NCBI GenBank assembly: GCA_032249615.1
Contig: JAVVHH010000001.1
Coordinates: forward strand, 1,122 to 65,121
Direction: 5' to 3'
Origin: Acetobacteraceae bacterium
Lineage (GTDB): Bacteria > Pseudomonadota > Alphaproteobacteria > Acetobacterales > Acetobacteraceae
DNA: 64,000 nt
Below are positions 1-9,144 of this stretch, in pieces. Under the pieces are notes generated by a model, which worked only from the letters and a program-made list of their open reading frames with translations, had not been told where the DNA came from and searched no databases. The translations under genes and the position numbers were made by a program. How positions within the stretch are numbered: the stretch's first letter is position 1; every line of letters starts with the position of its first letter.

Positions 1-3000
1 GGCTGGTTGTGCCGGTCTGGACGAAGTTGGCGGCGCCGCTCGCTCCGGGGCGGACGGCGAAGTTGCTGCCGCCGGGGGCGGGAGCGGCGCCGACTTGGGT
101 CGCCAGCGGCTGGCCGTCCGTGCGGATCTGGCCGTTGTCGAGAACCAGCGATCCCGTGCTGGCCACCGAGAGCAGGGGCGCGGCGAGCGGGCCGGCGATG
201 CGGAGCGGCACTTGGTCGTTGATGGCGATCGATTTCGTGGCCGTGAGCGGCCCTAGCGTCTCGAAGGAGGCCGGCGACAGGCTTCCGAGGTCGAGGCTGC
301 CGACACTGCCGGCGAGGGTGGCGACCAGGAGGTTTCCGGCGGTTTGGACAACGGCGCCCGGGCTGCTGAGGGCCAGCGCGGGCGCGAAGAGCGGCCCGGC
401 GAGGGTGATCGCGGGTGCGGACAGGGCGATGCCTGTGCGCTGGTCGCTCAGCGGGCCAGTGAGCGTCAGCGACAGGGTCGAGACGAGGGCGAACCCGCTT
501 TGGGTGCTGAAGGCGCCGACCGTGTCGAGCTGGTTCGGCCGCGTGAGTGCCGCGCTGGCCGCCGAGCCGGACAGGGTTCCTGCCACGAGCTGCCCGCCGG
601 ACCATTCCACGATGTCGCCGGTGGCGGTGAGCACGATGTTCGATGCGGTGATCGTGCTGGCGACCGTGAGCTTGCCGTCCACAGTCAGGCTGACGGTGTT
701 CGGGTCGACCGGGCCGGCGACGGTCAGGTCGCCACCGTTGGTGTAGGAGAAGTCGCCGGACGTGGCGAAGCCGGCCAGCGTGGTCACCCGGTTGCCCGTC
801 TGGTCGAGCGACGCAGTCGCCGCGCTGCCCGTCAGGGTGGTGGCCGAGAGCGAGCCGCTGGTTTGCCTGAGCTCGCCGGCCGCGTGCATCGCCAGCGTTC
901 CCGGCGTCGTCAGCGCCCCGGAGAGGACCAGGCCGGCATTGGTCGACAGGGTGATGTTGGCGCCGGAGACCGGGCCGATGACGGCGAGGCTGCTGGCGTC
1001 GCCCAGCACGAGGTCGCCCGTGGTGCTGAAGGCGCCTAGGGTGGCGATGGCGTTCGGCCCGGTCAGCCCGGCACTGGCGGCGCTGCCGCTCAGCTGGTTC
1101 GCCGTGATGATCCCCGCGGACTGACTGATCGCGCCGCGAGCGCTGAGGCTCAGCGTGTCCGAGACGGTGATCGCGCCCGCGGCGTCGAGATCGGCGGCCG
1201 TGGCGATCGAGGCGTTGGTGCCGGTCAACGCGAGCAGGGTGAGGGAGACCGTGTCGTTCAGGAGCACCGTGCCGGTTACCGCGATCGAGGCCGAATCGAA
1301 GCTGTTGGCGCCCGGCAGCGACAACGCCGTCGACCGGGCCGCCAGCGTGGTCGCGGTCATGCTGCCGCCGGACTGGATGATCGGGCCGCTCTGTGCGGAC
1401 AGCGTCAGGTTTGCGGGCGTCGCGATCTGCCCGCCGTTCTGGCTGATCCCGAGGGACCCGGAGAGATCGATCGCCGTCCCCGTGAGCGATCCGCCGGTGA
1501 CCAGGGTGCCGGCGCTGGCGAGCTGCAGGCTGTCCGTCGCGGAGACGTTCTGGGCGGACAGGGAGGAGCTGGATCGAACGGCGATTGGCCCGTCGGTGGC
1601 GTGGAGGTCGCTGACGGCGCCGATCCCGTTGGCGGCGGATCCCAGCACGACGCTCGGAGCGCTGCCCGAAAGGGTGGGCACGACGAAACGCGCGTTGCTG
1701 CCTTCGGTCACCGGGCCGACATTGCCCAGCACGAGGGTGCCGACCCGGCCGCCGAAATCGACGGTATCGCCGGCGTTGCCGATCTTGACCGGGCTGTCCG
1801 GGGCGGCGAGGACGAGGCTCGCGACATCGAGGCTGCCGGTCAGGGCCGCGTCGAGCGACAGAGAGGACGGGTCGGCAACGCTCTGGCCGATGAGTTCGAT
1901 CGGCCGGCCCGGGGTGTACGGGGTGACGGTCAGGGCGCCTTGCGTCACCGAGACGGCCGGGCCCGACCGCTCGGTCGCGTCGACCGAGAGGCCGTCGGCC
2001 ACGAGCGTCGCCGAGCCTGCCGCGACCTGAAGCTGACCGCCCCGCCTGCCAAGCACGAGTTGGGAGCCGGCGGTGGTGAGGGCGAAGTTGCCGCTCGGCT
2101 GGGTGAAGCTGCCCACGCCGCCGACCACGTTGCTGGCGTTGGTCAGCACCGTGTCGCCGAGAGAAGCGCCATCCAATTCCGGCGTGACGAGCCGCGACCC
2201 GCTCGCCTGCTGCAACCCGGCCGCGGTCAGGCTGACATAGCCTGTCGTGGACGAGACGCTGCCGGTGATCGTCAGCGCCGACCGGGTGTTCAGCACCAGG
2301 CCCGAATAGGTGACGAAATCACCGAGCGTGCCGATCGCGTTCGACCCGCTGAGGGACGCGTAGCCGGCTGCACCACCAAGGCTCGCCGCCGTGATCGTGC
2401 CGTCGGTCTGGAAGATCACCGGGTCCGTGGGCGTCGGCGTGTCGAGGCTGCTCGAGAGGCTATTGAGGTTGATGGACTGGCCGCTGATGGCGCCGGACAG
2501 CGTCATGCCATCCGGGCCGGCGGAGGACAGGGCGATGTCTCCGCCCACGGTGAGGTTGCCGACGGTCAGACTGCCATCGGTGTGCAGCGCGACGCTGTTG
2601 GCCGTGACCTCGGCGATCCGGCTGATCTGGTTGCCGGCCAGGGCGAGGCTGAGGCTGCCGACGGTGCCGGTCACGGCCGGCACGGCGAGCGGGCCTCCCT
2701 GCGTCACGGCGCCGGTCGTGTTCAGGCCGAGAGTGTTCAAGCCGAGCGCGGTGAGGTCGATGGCCTCGCTGGGGTTGCCCAGCACGATGGGACCGCTTTG
2801 GGCGGCCCGGGCTCCCCCGATGCTTCCCAGGGTCAGTTGGCTGGCGGAGATGCGGGCGAGTTCGGGTTGGGTGATCGTGAGAACCGTGGGCGCGCCCTCG
2901 CCCACAGCGGAGAGATTGCTGAGCACGATGGGGATTGTCGGCGTGTACGGCGTCAGGGCGACGGTGCCCCCGGGGGCGTTGATCGCCGTGCCGCCCGCGG

Positions 3001-6000
3001 GCGCGTTCAGCGACAGGTGGTCGCTCGTGATGCTCACCAGACCGCCGGCCTGGGTGGTGATGCCGCCCGGCGATCGGGCGTTGCCGATGGAAACGCCGTC
3101 GTTCAGGACCAACACGAAGCTGCCGCCCGTTCCAGTGACGTTGAAGGTACTGATCGCCTGGATGCTGTTCGTGGGCGATGGCAGGTTGGCCGATCCGGCG
3201 GTGCCGCTGAGCGTCGTGGTGGAGATCCCGCTCGGTCCCTCGCCGAACGTGCCGGTCGTGGAGATCACCAGATCGGTCGACAGCGACGGGCCGAGGACGA
3301 TGCCCCCCGTCCCGGCCGACAGCGACAGCGTGTTCGCGGCGCCCGTGCGGTTGAGCACGGTCAGCGATGCGGCCGGATCGTAGCCGGGGACGGACCGGTC
3401 GCCGGCGGAAAGCGTGATCGAGTCGCTGGCGGAAAGCGTGCCGCCGGCCGCCTCCGTGATGCTGCCGCCGGCGATGATCGTGAGGTTGTCCGCCCCGCTG
3501 TTGCCCGCAATCGTCAGGTTCCCTGCCGTCGTGAGGGTGGAGGGGCCATTCGTGCCGATGGTCAGCGTGTCGAACCGGTTGCCCGTGTTGGAGAGGGTGG
3601 CCGCACCGGTGTTCTGGATGTTGAGGCTCGCCACGGTCAGGGGACCACCCTGGTCGATATTGTTGTGGCTGCTTAGGACGAGCTGGGGAATGCCGGCGGC
3701 GGTGAAGTCGATGGCTTCGTCGGTCTGACCGATGGTGACGTTGCCATTGAGGGCACGGCTCCCGAGTTGGAGCGTGTTCACCGCAAGCAGCGATAGCTCG
3801 GCTGGTGTGACGACCAGGGCGGGCCCGTCCGGAAAGGTGGCCGATACCAGGATGGACAGGTCGCTGTTGGATGGCTGCAGCACGACGGTCGACGCCGTGA
3901 TCGCTTTGCCGCCCACGGGAGCGGCAAGCGATAAGGAATCCATGCTCAGCGTGACGGTCTGGCCGGTCGGCACCGAGATGCCGCCTCCACCCTGGGGCGT
4001 GCCAACCGTGAGGAACTGGCCCTGCGCCTCCGTAACCAGGACACCGCCGGCCGTGGTCGTCAGAGGGGCATTGAGCCTGTTGCCGATCCCGTCGATGGCG
4101 TTGGCGGCGGGAAGGTTGACGGAAGCAGCCGTGCCGGAAAGTTGCGGCGTGGTGAGGGTGCCGCCGGTCTGCGAGACCGGCCCGGTGGTGTTCAGCAGCA
4201 CGGCGGTGCCGGCCGTGACGTTGGCCGAGAGCGCGATTCCGCCGGTCCCGGCCGAGAGGGTGACGGTCGGACCGGAGAGTGGGGCGGCGATGGACAAGGC
4301 GCCGGTCGGGTCATAGCCGGCGATCGCGCTGGACGCGGCGAAGAGGTTCAGGTCGCCACTGGCGGTAACGCCGGGATCAGCCAAGATAATGGTGCCCGAC
4401 CCTGACCCACTGCTTCCGAGGCCTGCCGCAGCGGTGGCTGAAACAGTGAGGTTCCGGCCCGCTTCGAGGGTTACGCTGCCGCCATTGTAGCTGAAGCCAT
4501 TGGTGACGGTCAGGTCGCGTGTCGTCAGTACATGGAGGTTTCCGGTGAGCGCCTTCAGTTGCAGGGGCGTCACGTAGGCGTCGGTGGCGACCCCGCCCGC
4601 GTCGGCGGCGATGTTGGGGTCGGTATTGTCCTGCAGCGGCTGGTTGGGCGTTCCCGCCGACGGCGGATCGACGGCGATCGTGAGGTCCCGCGGGTCCAGC
4701 AGGATCGTGCCGGCGGTGCCATGCGGCGCGCTCGTGTCGGCGTGGCCAGTGAGGCGGAAGCCGGTCTCGCCGGACAGCTCGATAGTGCCGCCGTTGCCTG
4801 CCACGGCGCCGCCTTTGGCCTCGATCGTGCCCGCGACGGTGGTCGACGCCGTGCTGAGCACGGTCACCCGGCCACCGTTGCCGCGCTTGCCGGCGCTGGC
4901 CGACACGCGGGCGCCAGGAGCGATCGTGGTGCGCGCCGACGTGGTGGCGGGTGCCGGACCGGTCGTGCGGGCGCGGGCCAAGGTGGTGCCGATGGCGACC
5001 GTGCCGCCGCCGGCCGCGCCGTTGGCGGTCACGTGGGCCGTGTCGGCCAAGATCGTGGCGGCGCTGCCGTTCAGGACGATCGTGCCGCCATGGCCGCCCC
5101 CGTGCCCGTCGGCGGCGACCCGGCCGTCGATCACCACGGAGCCGCCCGTGCCCGCGATCTCGATCTGGCCCGTCGTTGTCCCGACCGTGTTGGCGCGGAT
5201 GGTGCCGCCGGCATCGACCAGACTCTGCACCACGCCGTCGGCGGCGCGGGCGCTGAGCTGGATGGTGCCCCCATCGGCGGCGATCGTGCCGGTATTGGTG
5301 ACCAGCGCGGTGACCGGTTTGCCGCCGGGTCCGACCGGGGCTTGCTGGACCTGCTTGGTGACGTCGATCGAGACCAGGCCGTCGCCGTACATATCCAGCG
5401 TCGCGGCGGCGGCACCGGCGAGCACCACGTGGCCCAAATGGGCGGTGATGGTGCCCGAGTTGGCCACGGACGGCGCGACGAGGGCGGCCAGGCCGGCTTG
5501 CTTGACCGTGATGGTGCCGGCGTTCTCGATCCGGGCTCGGGGATTGGCCGGGCGGTCGAAGACCATGCGGCCGGCCATGAAGTTATGTGTCGTGATGCCC
5601 GGCGCGCTGACGATGACGCTCTGGGCGTTGACCTGCGCGCCTTGGAAGAAGGTGACGCCGTTCGGGTTGGTCAGGATGATCTGGCCGTTGGCGCTGATGC
5701 GGCCGGCGATGGCGGAGGGGTCGGGTCCGGTGACCCGGTTGAGGGTGGCGCTGCTCGCCGAGGGCTGCTGGAACGTGACGGCCTGGTTGCGGCCGACATC
5801 GAACGAGCGCCAATCGATGGCGGCGCGGTCGGTGGTTTGGGTGATGGCGGTGGTTCCAGGCGTCCGCGCGATGGTGGCGCTGCCGGCGACCACTTTCCCG
5901 CCCTGAGGCTGCGCGTTCGGCGCGGGCTGGGCCTGGACCGGGTTGGCGATGGTGAGGACCGCGGCCGCCTGCAGCGCTGTGCTGCGGAGGAGGTCGGAAC

Positions 6001-6019
6001 GGCGGGCGGTTCTCGGCAT
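1..6019 (-). CDS. Two-partner-secretion exoprotein TpsA (filamentous-haemagglutinin-family giant exoprotein); 3' end lies beyond the window start
   Basis: Absent from the ORF track because there is no stop in the window. My translation from ATG 6019 gives MPRTARRSDLLRSTALQAAAVLTIANPVQAQ (signal). A TPS domain follows: GGKVVAGSATIARTPGTTAITQTTDRAAIDWRSFDVGRNQAVTFQQPSASSATLNRVTG...ISANGQIILTNPNGVTFF (NPNG motif). No minus-strand ORF with a stop is listed in this frame, and a spot check at 2-61 gives FAVRPGASGAANFVQTGTTS. The start is 4 nt downstream of the tpsB stop. Confidence 0.85.
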   Translation of the reverse strand, partial: MPRTARRSDLLRSTALQAAAVLTIANPVQAQPAPNAQPQGGKVVAGSATIARTPGTTAITQTTDRAAIDWRSFDVGRNQAVTFQQPSASSATLNRVTGPDPSAIAGRISANGQIILTNPNGVTFFQGAQVNAQSVIVSAPGITTHNFMAGRMVFDRPANPRARIENAGTITVKQAGLAALVAPSVANSGTITAHLGHVVLAGAAAATLDMYGDGLVSIDVTKQVQQAPVGPGGKPVTALVTNTGTIAADGGTIQLSARAADGVVQSLVDAGGTIRANTVGTTTGQIEIAGTGGSVVIDGRVAADGHGGGHGGTIVLNGSAATILADTAHVTANGAAGGGTVAIGTTLARARTTGPAPATTSARTTIAPGARVSASAGKRGNGGRVTVLSTASTTVAGTIEAKGGAVAGNGGTIELSGETGFRLTGHADTSAPHGTAGTILLDPRDLTIAVDPPSAGTPNQPLQDNTDPNIAADAGGVATDAYVTPLQLKALTGNLHVLTTRDLTVTNGFSYNGGSVTLEAGRNLTVSATAAAGLGSSGSGSGTIILADPGVTASGDLNLFAASSAIAGYDPTGALSIAAPLSGPTVTLSAGTGGIALSANVTAGTAVLLNTTGPVSQTGGTLTTPQLSGTAASVNLPAANAIDGIGNRLNAPLTTTAGGVLVTEAQGQFLTVGTPQGGGGISVPTGQTVTLSMDSLSLAAPVGGKAITASTVVLQPSNSDLSILVSATFPDGPALVVTPAELSLLAVNTLQLGSRALNGNVTIGQTDEAIDFTAAGIPQLVLSSHNNIDQGGPLTVASLNIQNTGAATLSNTGNRFDTLTIGTNGPSTLTTAGNLTIAGNSGADNLTIIAGGSITEAAGGTLSASDSITLSAGDRSVPGYDPAASLTVLNRTGAANTLSLSAGTGGIVLGPSLSTDLVISTTGTFGEGPSGISTTTLSGTAGSANLPSPTNSIQAISTFNVTGTGGSFVLVLNDGVSIGNARSPGGITTQAGGLVSITSDHLSLNAPAGGTAINAPGGTVALTPYTPTIPIVLSNLSAVGEGAPTVLTITQPELARISASQLTLGSIGGARAAQSGPIVLGNPSEAIDLTALGLNTLGLNTTGAVTQGGPLAVPAVTGTVGSLSLALAGNQISRIAEVTANSVALHTDGSLTVGNLTVGGDIALSSAGPDGMTLSGAISGQSINLNSLSSSLDTPTPTDPVIFQTDGTITAASLGGAAGYASLSGSNAIGTLGDFVTYSGLVLNTRSALTITGSVSSTTGYVSLTAAGLQQASGSRLVTPELDGASLGDTVLTNASNVVGGVGSFTQPSGNFALTTAGSQLVLGRRGGQLQVAAGSATLVADGLSVDATERSGPAVSVTQGALTVTPYTPGRPIELIGQSVADPSSLSLDAALTGSLDVASLVLAAPDSPVKIGNAGDTVDFGGRVGTLVLGNVGPVTEGSNARFVVPTLSGSAPSVVLGSAANGIGAVSDLHATDGPIAVRSSSSLSAQNVSATDSLQLASAGTLVTGGSLTGTAIDLSGSLGISQNGGQIATPANLTLSAQSGPIIQSGGSMTATTLAARSTALSLPGANSFDSASIAVTGTVLLNDTVSLTLLALTGTNASIATAADLDAAGAITVSDTLSLSARGAISQSAGIITANQLSGSAASAGLTGPNAIATLGAFSTTGDLVLGDASSLAVIGPVSGANITLSTNAGLVLSGALTTPGTLAMHAAGELRQTSGSLSATTLTGSAATASLDQTGNRVTTLAGFATSGDFSYTNGGDLTVAGPVDPNTVSLTVDGKLTVASTITASNIVLTATGDIVEWSGGQLVAGTLSGSAASAALTRPNQLDTVGAFSTQSGFALVSTLSLTLTGPLSDQRTGIALSAPAITLAGPLFAPALALSSPGAVVQTAGNLLVATLAGSVGSLDLGSLSPASFETLGPLTATKSIAINDQVPLRIAGPLAAPLLSVASTGSLVLDNGQIRTDGQPLATQVGAAPAPGGSNFAVRPGASGAANFVQTGTTS

Positions 6020-6023
6020 CGGC

Positions 6024-7811
6024 TCAGAACCGGGTCAGAACGCGCCAATAGGCGGCGTCTGCCTTGAGCGGGTGGACGATGCCCGCGGTGCCGACCGGCA
6101 GGCGCGTGTTGCGCACGACGCCCTCCACGTCGAACTCGGTGAAGCGTGTCACCGTGACGCGGGCGCCGACGCCAACCGAGGAGAGGCGCGCGTTCGGGTC
6201 GATGGACTGGTTCTCGAACGTCTGCCCCCGGTCGTAGAAGGTATAGAACTGGGCGCTCACGGGGATGGGCGTGTCGAACACCGTGAAGTTGGCGGCCGTA
6301 TTCAGTTGAAGCTCGAGCGACCAGGCCAGGGCATTGTCGCCGGTGACTTGGCCGGCATAGAACCCGCGGTTGATCTCGCTGCCGCCGAGAAAGAACTTCT
6401 CGGCCGGGGGCAGCACGCTATTGCTCACCTGCCCTTGCGCCGACGCCCGCAAAGCGACGCTGGACGCCGTTCCGACCGCGAACAGGGTCTGTGTCCGCGA
6501 GAGTTCGGCGGTGACCTTGATGAAATCGACCCGCTCGTTCAATCGTCCGGGAGTCAGGTTGTTGTTCCCGGAACTGCCCAGGAAGTTGAGCCCCTGCGAC
6601 CCGCGCAGACCGAGGAAGTTGACGGCTGGACGGTCGTCGCCGGCCAGGCTGTCCTGGATCGCGTATTCGAAGCCCACGCGGGCGACGCGGAGATCGTCGT
6701 TGCTGGTGCGGCGCGATTGCCCTTGCGGGCCCGTATCGGTCCGCGTGTCGGTCTCGATCGCGTCCAATCTCACGACGAGGTTAAGGCTCTGGTTGCGCGA
6801 GCGCACGACCGGGTAGGCGGCACCGAGGCCGAAGACGGTGGTGATGCCGCGATAGCCGACCGTACGCAGGAAGTCCGACGGCGCCGCCTCGCCATGGCCG
6901 CCGTAGAGCCGCAGCTTCAACCCGGAACCGCCGACATAGAACTCGGTCGAAGCCTGGCCGAAATTCTGCGTGTTGCCGTCGGTGTGGTATAAGGAGGCCT
7001 CCGAGCGTTCGCCGAACTCGGTGAAGCTGTTCGCGTCGATGACCAGCAGGCTTTCCACCGGACCGGTCTGCCGGAACGCCCGGTTATCGGCGGTCAGCAG
7101 CCCGTTGAAGGCCTGGCGCCGCACTTGCGCGACCAGGGTGAGGGCGCCGGGATCGCTGACGGAGGGCTGCAGCACGGCGTTCAGCGAGACGCCCGGAACA
7201 TCCTGCGCCAGCAGCAGCCAGCGCTCGATCGTGGCGTTGTCGATCGGTTGCACTTCCGTCAGGTGATTGAGGAAGCGGAGCACCTGAACGCCCGCGGGAC
7301 CGATGTCACCGTCGAGCTTCACGGCGGCGATCCGCCCCTCGACGACGTTGAAGCGGAGATCGCCCTGCGGTCCGATCGCCGCGGTCACGGTCGTCAGCAC
7401 GTAGCCGTTCGTGCGGTAGAGCGACAGCAGGTCCGCGCGGGCCTTTTCGACCCGGGCGACCGGGATGCCGGGGCCGACGAGGTTGGCGGTGAACCCTTGC
7501 AGTTGCGCCGCGGGAAAGGCGGTGGCGCCGGCGATAGCGACGCTGCGGATCGGCACGTTCAGCGCCGGCGAAGGGGCGGGCGCGGCCGGCCGGACGAGAC
7601 CGGTCTCCGGCGCCACGATGGGAGGAGAGGGCGGCAGAATACGCGGCAGCGGAGACCCTTGCGGCACGGCGTTGCCGGAGAAGGGGGCATCCGGACGTTG
7701 CGCGAGAGCGGGAGTGACCGTCGCGATCAGCGCGATCGGCAGCAACGCCGAAACGAAGTTCCAGCTCGGCCTTTGTTCGTTACGGCAACTCCATTGCTTG
7801 CCCAGCGTCAT
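6024..7811 (-). CDS. ShlB/FhaC/HecB-family TpsB outer-membrane transporter (POTRA domains plus beta-barrel)
   Basis: 595-aa ORF with a signal-like N-terminus (LLPIALIATVTPALAQ). It has a POTRA-like region and ends in ...AAYWRVLTRF (aromatic terminus typical of OMP barrels). It lies immediately upstream of tpsA. Confidence 0.85.
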   Translation of the reverse strand: MTLGKQWSCRNEQRPSWNFVSALLPIALIATVTPALAQRPDAPFSGNAVPQGSPLPRILPPSPPIVAPETGLVRPAAPAPSPALNVPIRSVAIAGATAFPAAQLQGFTANLVGPGIPVARVEKARADLLSLYRTNGYVLTTVTAAIGPQGDLRFNVVEGRIAAVKLDGDIGPAGVQVLRFLNHLTEVQPIDNATIERWLLLAQDVPGVSLNAVLQPSVSDPGALTLVAQVRRQAFNGLLTADNRAFRQTGPVESLLVIDANSFTEFGERSEASLYHTDGNTQNFGQASTEFYVGGSGLKLRLYGGHGEAAPSDFLRTVGYRGITTVFGLGAAYPVVRSRNQSLNLVVRLDAIETDTRTDTGPQGQSRRTSNDDLRVARVGFEYAIQDSLAGDDRPAVNFLGLRGSQGLNFLGSSGNNNLTPGRLNERVDFIKVTAELSRTQTLFAVGTASSVALRASAQGQVSNSVLPPAEKFFLGGSEINRGFYAGQVTGDNALAWSLELQLNTAANFTVFDTPIPVSAQFYTFYDRGQTFENQSIDPNARLSSVGVGARVTVTRFTEFDVEGVVRNTRLPVGTAGIVHPLKADAAYWRVLTRF

Positions 7812-7903
7812 GGCCTTCGGTTGCTTGATTCGTCCGCTTCCGAAATCGTTGTATCCCGTGGGGGCAACGATGTCACCAGTTGTGGAGAGGCTCGCCTATG
7901 GCC

Positions 7904-8611
7904 TTACGGCTGCACGACCACGGCGGTGACATTGTCGCGCACGCCAGCCAGGAGCGCCGATTCGACGAGGCGATTGGCCGGGTCAGCCGGGTCGGCGGTG
8001 AGCAGGGCCATGGTTGCGAGGTCGAGTGTCTTGCTGAGCCCGTCGCTGCACAACAGGAAGCGGTCACCCGGCACCAGGCGGCCGGTCACCTTGTCCAGCT
8101 CGAGCAGCGGCTCGTCGCCGCCGACCGCGCGGGTGATCACGTTGGCATGCGGGTGCCGCTCTGAATCCTCTTCCGACAGGCTGCCGGCGTCGATCAGCGT
8201 CTGCACGAGGCTGTGGTCGCGCGTGATCGGCGTCAGCGAGCCGTCACGGAGGATGTAGGCGCGCGAGTCGCCGGCCCACAGGCAGACGAAGTGGCTGTCG
8301 CGGACCAGGAGCACCACCACGGTGGAGGCGATCATGCCGCCCTCCTCGGCGGCCCGCGCGCGCAACGCGTCGTGCACGGCGGCGAGACGAAGCCGGATCT
8401 GCACCAAGCTCTCCTCCGAGCCCAGGGCGGACGGAATCCCGTCGAGCGCCGCCGCAATCATCGCCGAGGCGACCTCGCCCGCGCGATGCCCGCCTGCCCC
8501 GTCCGCCACCGCCCACAGCCCGGCGTCGGCGCGGCTGACCAGGGCGTCCTGGTTGTTCGGGCGGACGGCGCCGGGATGGGTCACCGCCCAATCATGCGCG
8601 GCGGCGATCAT
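7904..8611 (-). CDS. pppA: PP2C-family Ser/Thr phosphatase, T6SS-associated (PppA/TagG-like)
   Basis: MIAAAHDWAVTHPGAVRPNNQDALV...WAVADGAGGHRAGEVAS...FLLCSDGL...DNVTAVVV are PP2C motifs. The ATG at 8611 overlaps the tagF stop (ATGA). The track ORF extends to 8707, but that upstream part overlaps tagF. Confidence 0.85.
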   Translation of the reverse strand: MIAAAHDWAVTHPGAVRPNNQDALVSRADAGLWAVADGAGGHRAGEVASAMIAAALDGIPSALGSEESLVQIRLRLAAVHDALRARAAEEGGMIASTVVVLLVRDSHFVCLWAGDSRAYILRDGSLTPITRDHSLVQTLIDAGSLSEEDSERHPHANVITRAVGGDEPLLELDKVTGRLVPGDRFLLCSDGLSKTLDLATMALLTADPADPANRLVESALLAGVRDNVTAVVVQP

Positions 8612-9144
8612 GCGGCGTCTTCGAGCATGCGGACGAACTCCTCCGGTGTCGGCATCGCCGCAGCGTCGAGCGTCTTGGCCGCCACGCGCGGCGCACCTTC
8701 CGTCCACCAGACGCCGGTGTCCCCGCCCGGAGCGCCCCCCGGCTCGCCTAAGCCGTCCAGGGCGGCCTGGAGCGCGGCCGGGGTTCGATCGTCCTCGAGC
8801 GCCGCACGGGCAGTGTCCTCGGCGCCGAGCAGCCAGTTCTCGTCCCGCACCGCCCGCTCACCTTGGAACACCGCCGCAACCGTCAGCGGGAAGTAGCGCC
8901 CCGACGCGTCGACGGACGGCAGCCACAAGCCGAGCACGCCGTCCGGTCCGCACTGGCCGGCCGGCAGCAGGAAGCGCCAGACGGGGGCTTCCAGCCAGGC
9001 GTCTCGCCAAGCGTCCCCCATCTGTTCCCGGCTGAAAGCGAGGACGTTGGAAAGCCAGCGGTCCCACGCCGAGACGAAGCTCCCTGGCAGGCCGCTGCGG
9101 AGGAAGTCGCCGCGGCAGGGCAGCTTGCCGAAGAATCCCGCCAT
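8608..9144 (-). CDS. tagF: T6SS-associated protein TagF (DUF2094/ImpM-like)
   Basis: This is the last 178 aa of track ORF 8608..10884: MAGFFGKLPCRGDFLRSGLPGSFVSAWDRWL..., with the TagF GKLPxxGDF signature. The ATG at 9142-9144 overlaps the tssM stop (ATGA). Confidence 0.85.
   Translation of the reverse strand: MAGFFGKLPCRGDFLRSGLPGSFVSAWDRWLSNVLAFSREQMGDAWRDAWLEAPVWRFLLPAGQCGPDGVLGLWLPSVDASGRYFPLTVAAVFQGERAVRDENWLLGAEDTARAALEDDRTPAALQAALDGLGEPGGAPGGDTGVWWTEGAPRVAAKTLDAAAMPTPEEFVRMLEDAA

Noticed and set aside
1-6019. Calling TpsA a CdiA contact-dependent inhibition toxin.
   Set aside because: The C-terminal end, where a VENN-type motif, a toxin domain and an immunity gene would lie, is outside the window, so there is no evidence either way.
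9-6067. Many long plus-strand ORFs in the track (for example 1601..3676 at 691 aa, 4532..6067 at 511 aa, 4584..5906 at 440 aa).
   Set aside because: They are Arg/Gly/Ala/Pro-rich and lie antisense or out of frame to the tpsA frame, which carries a bona fide TPS domain and stays open across the region. These are typical high-GC shadow ORFs.
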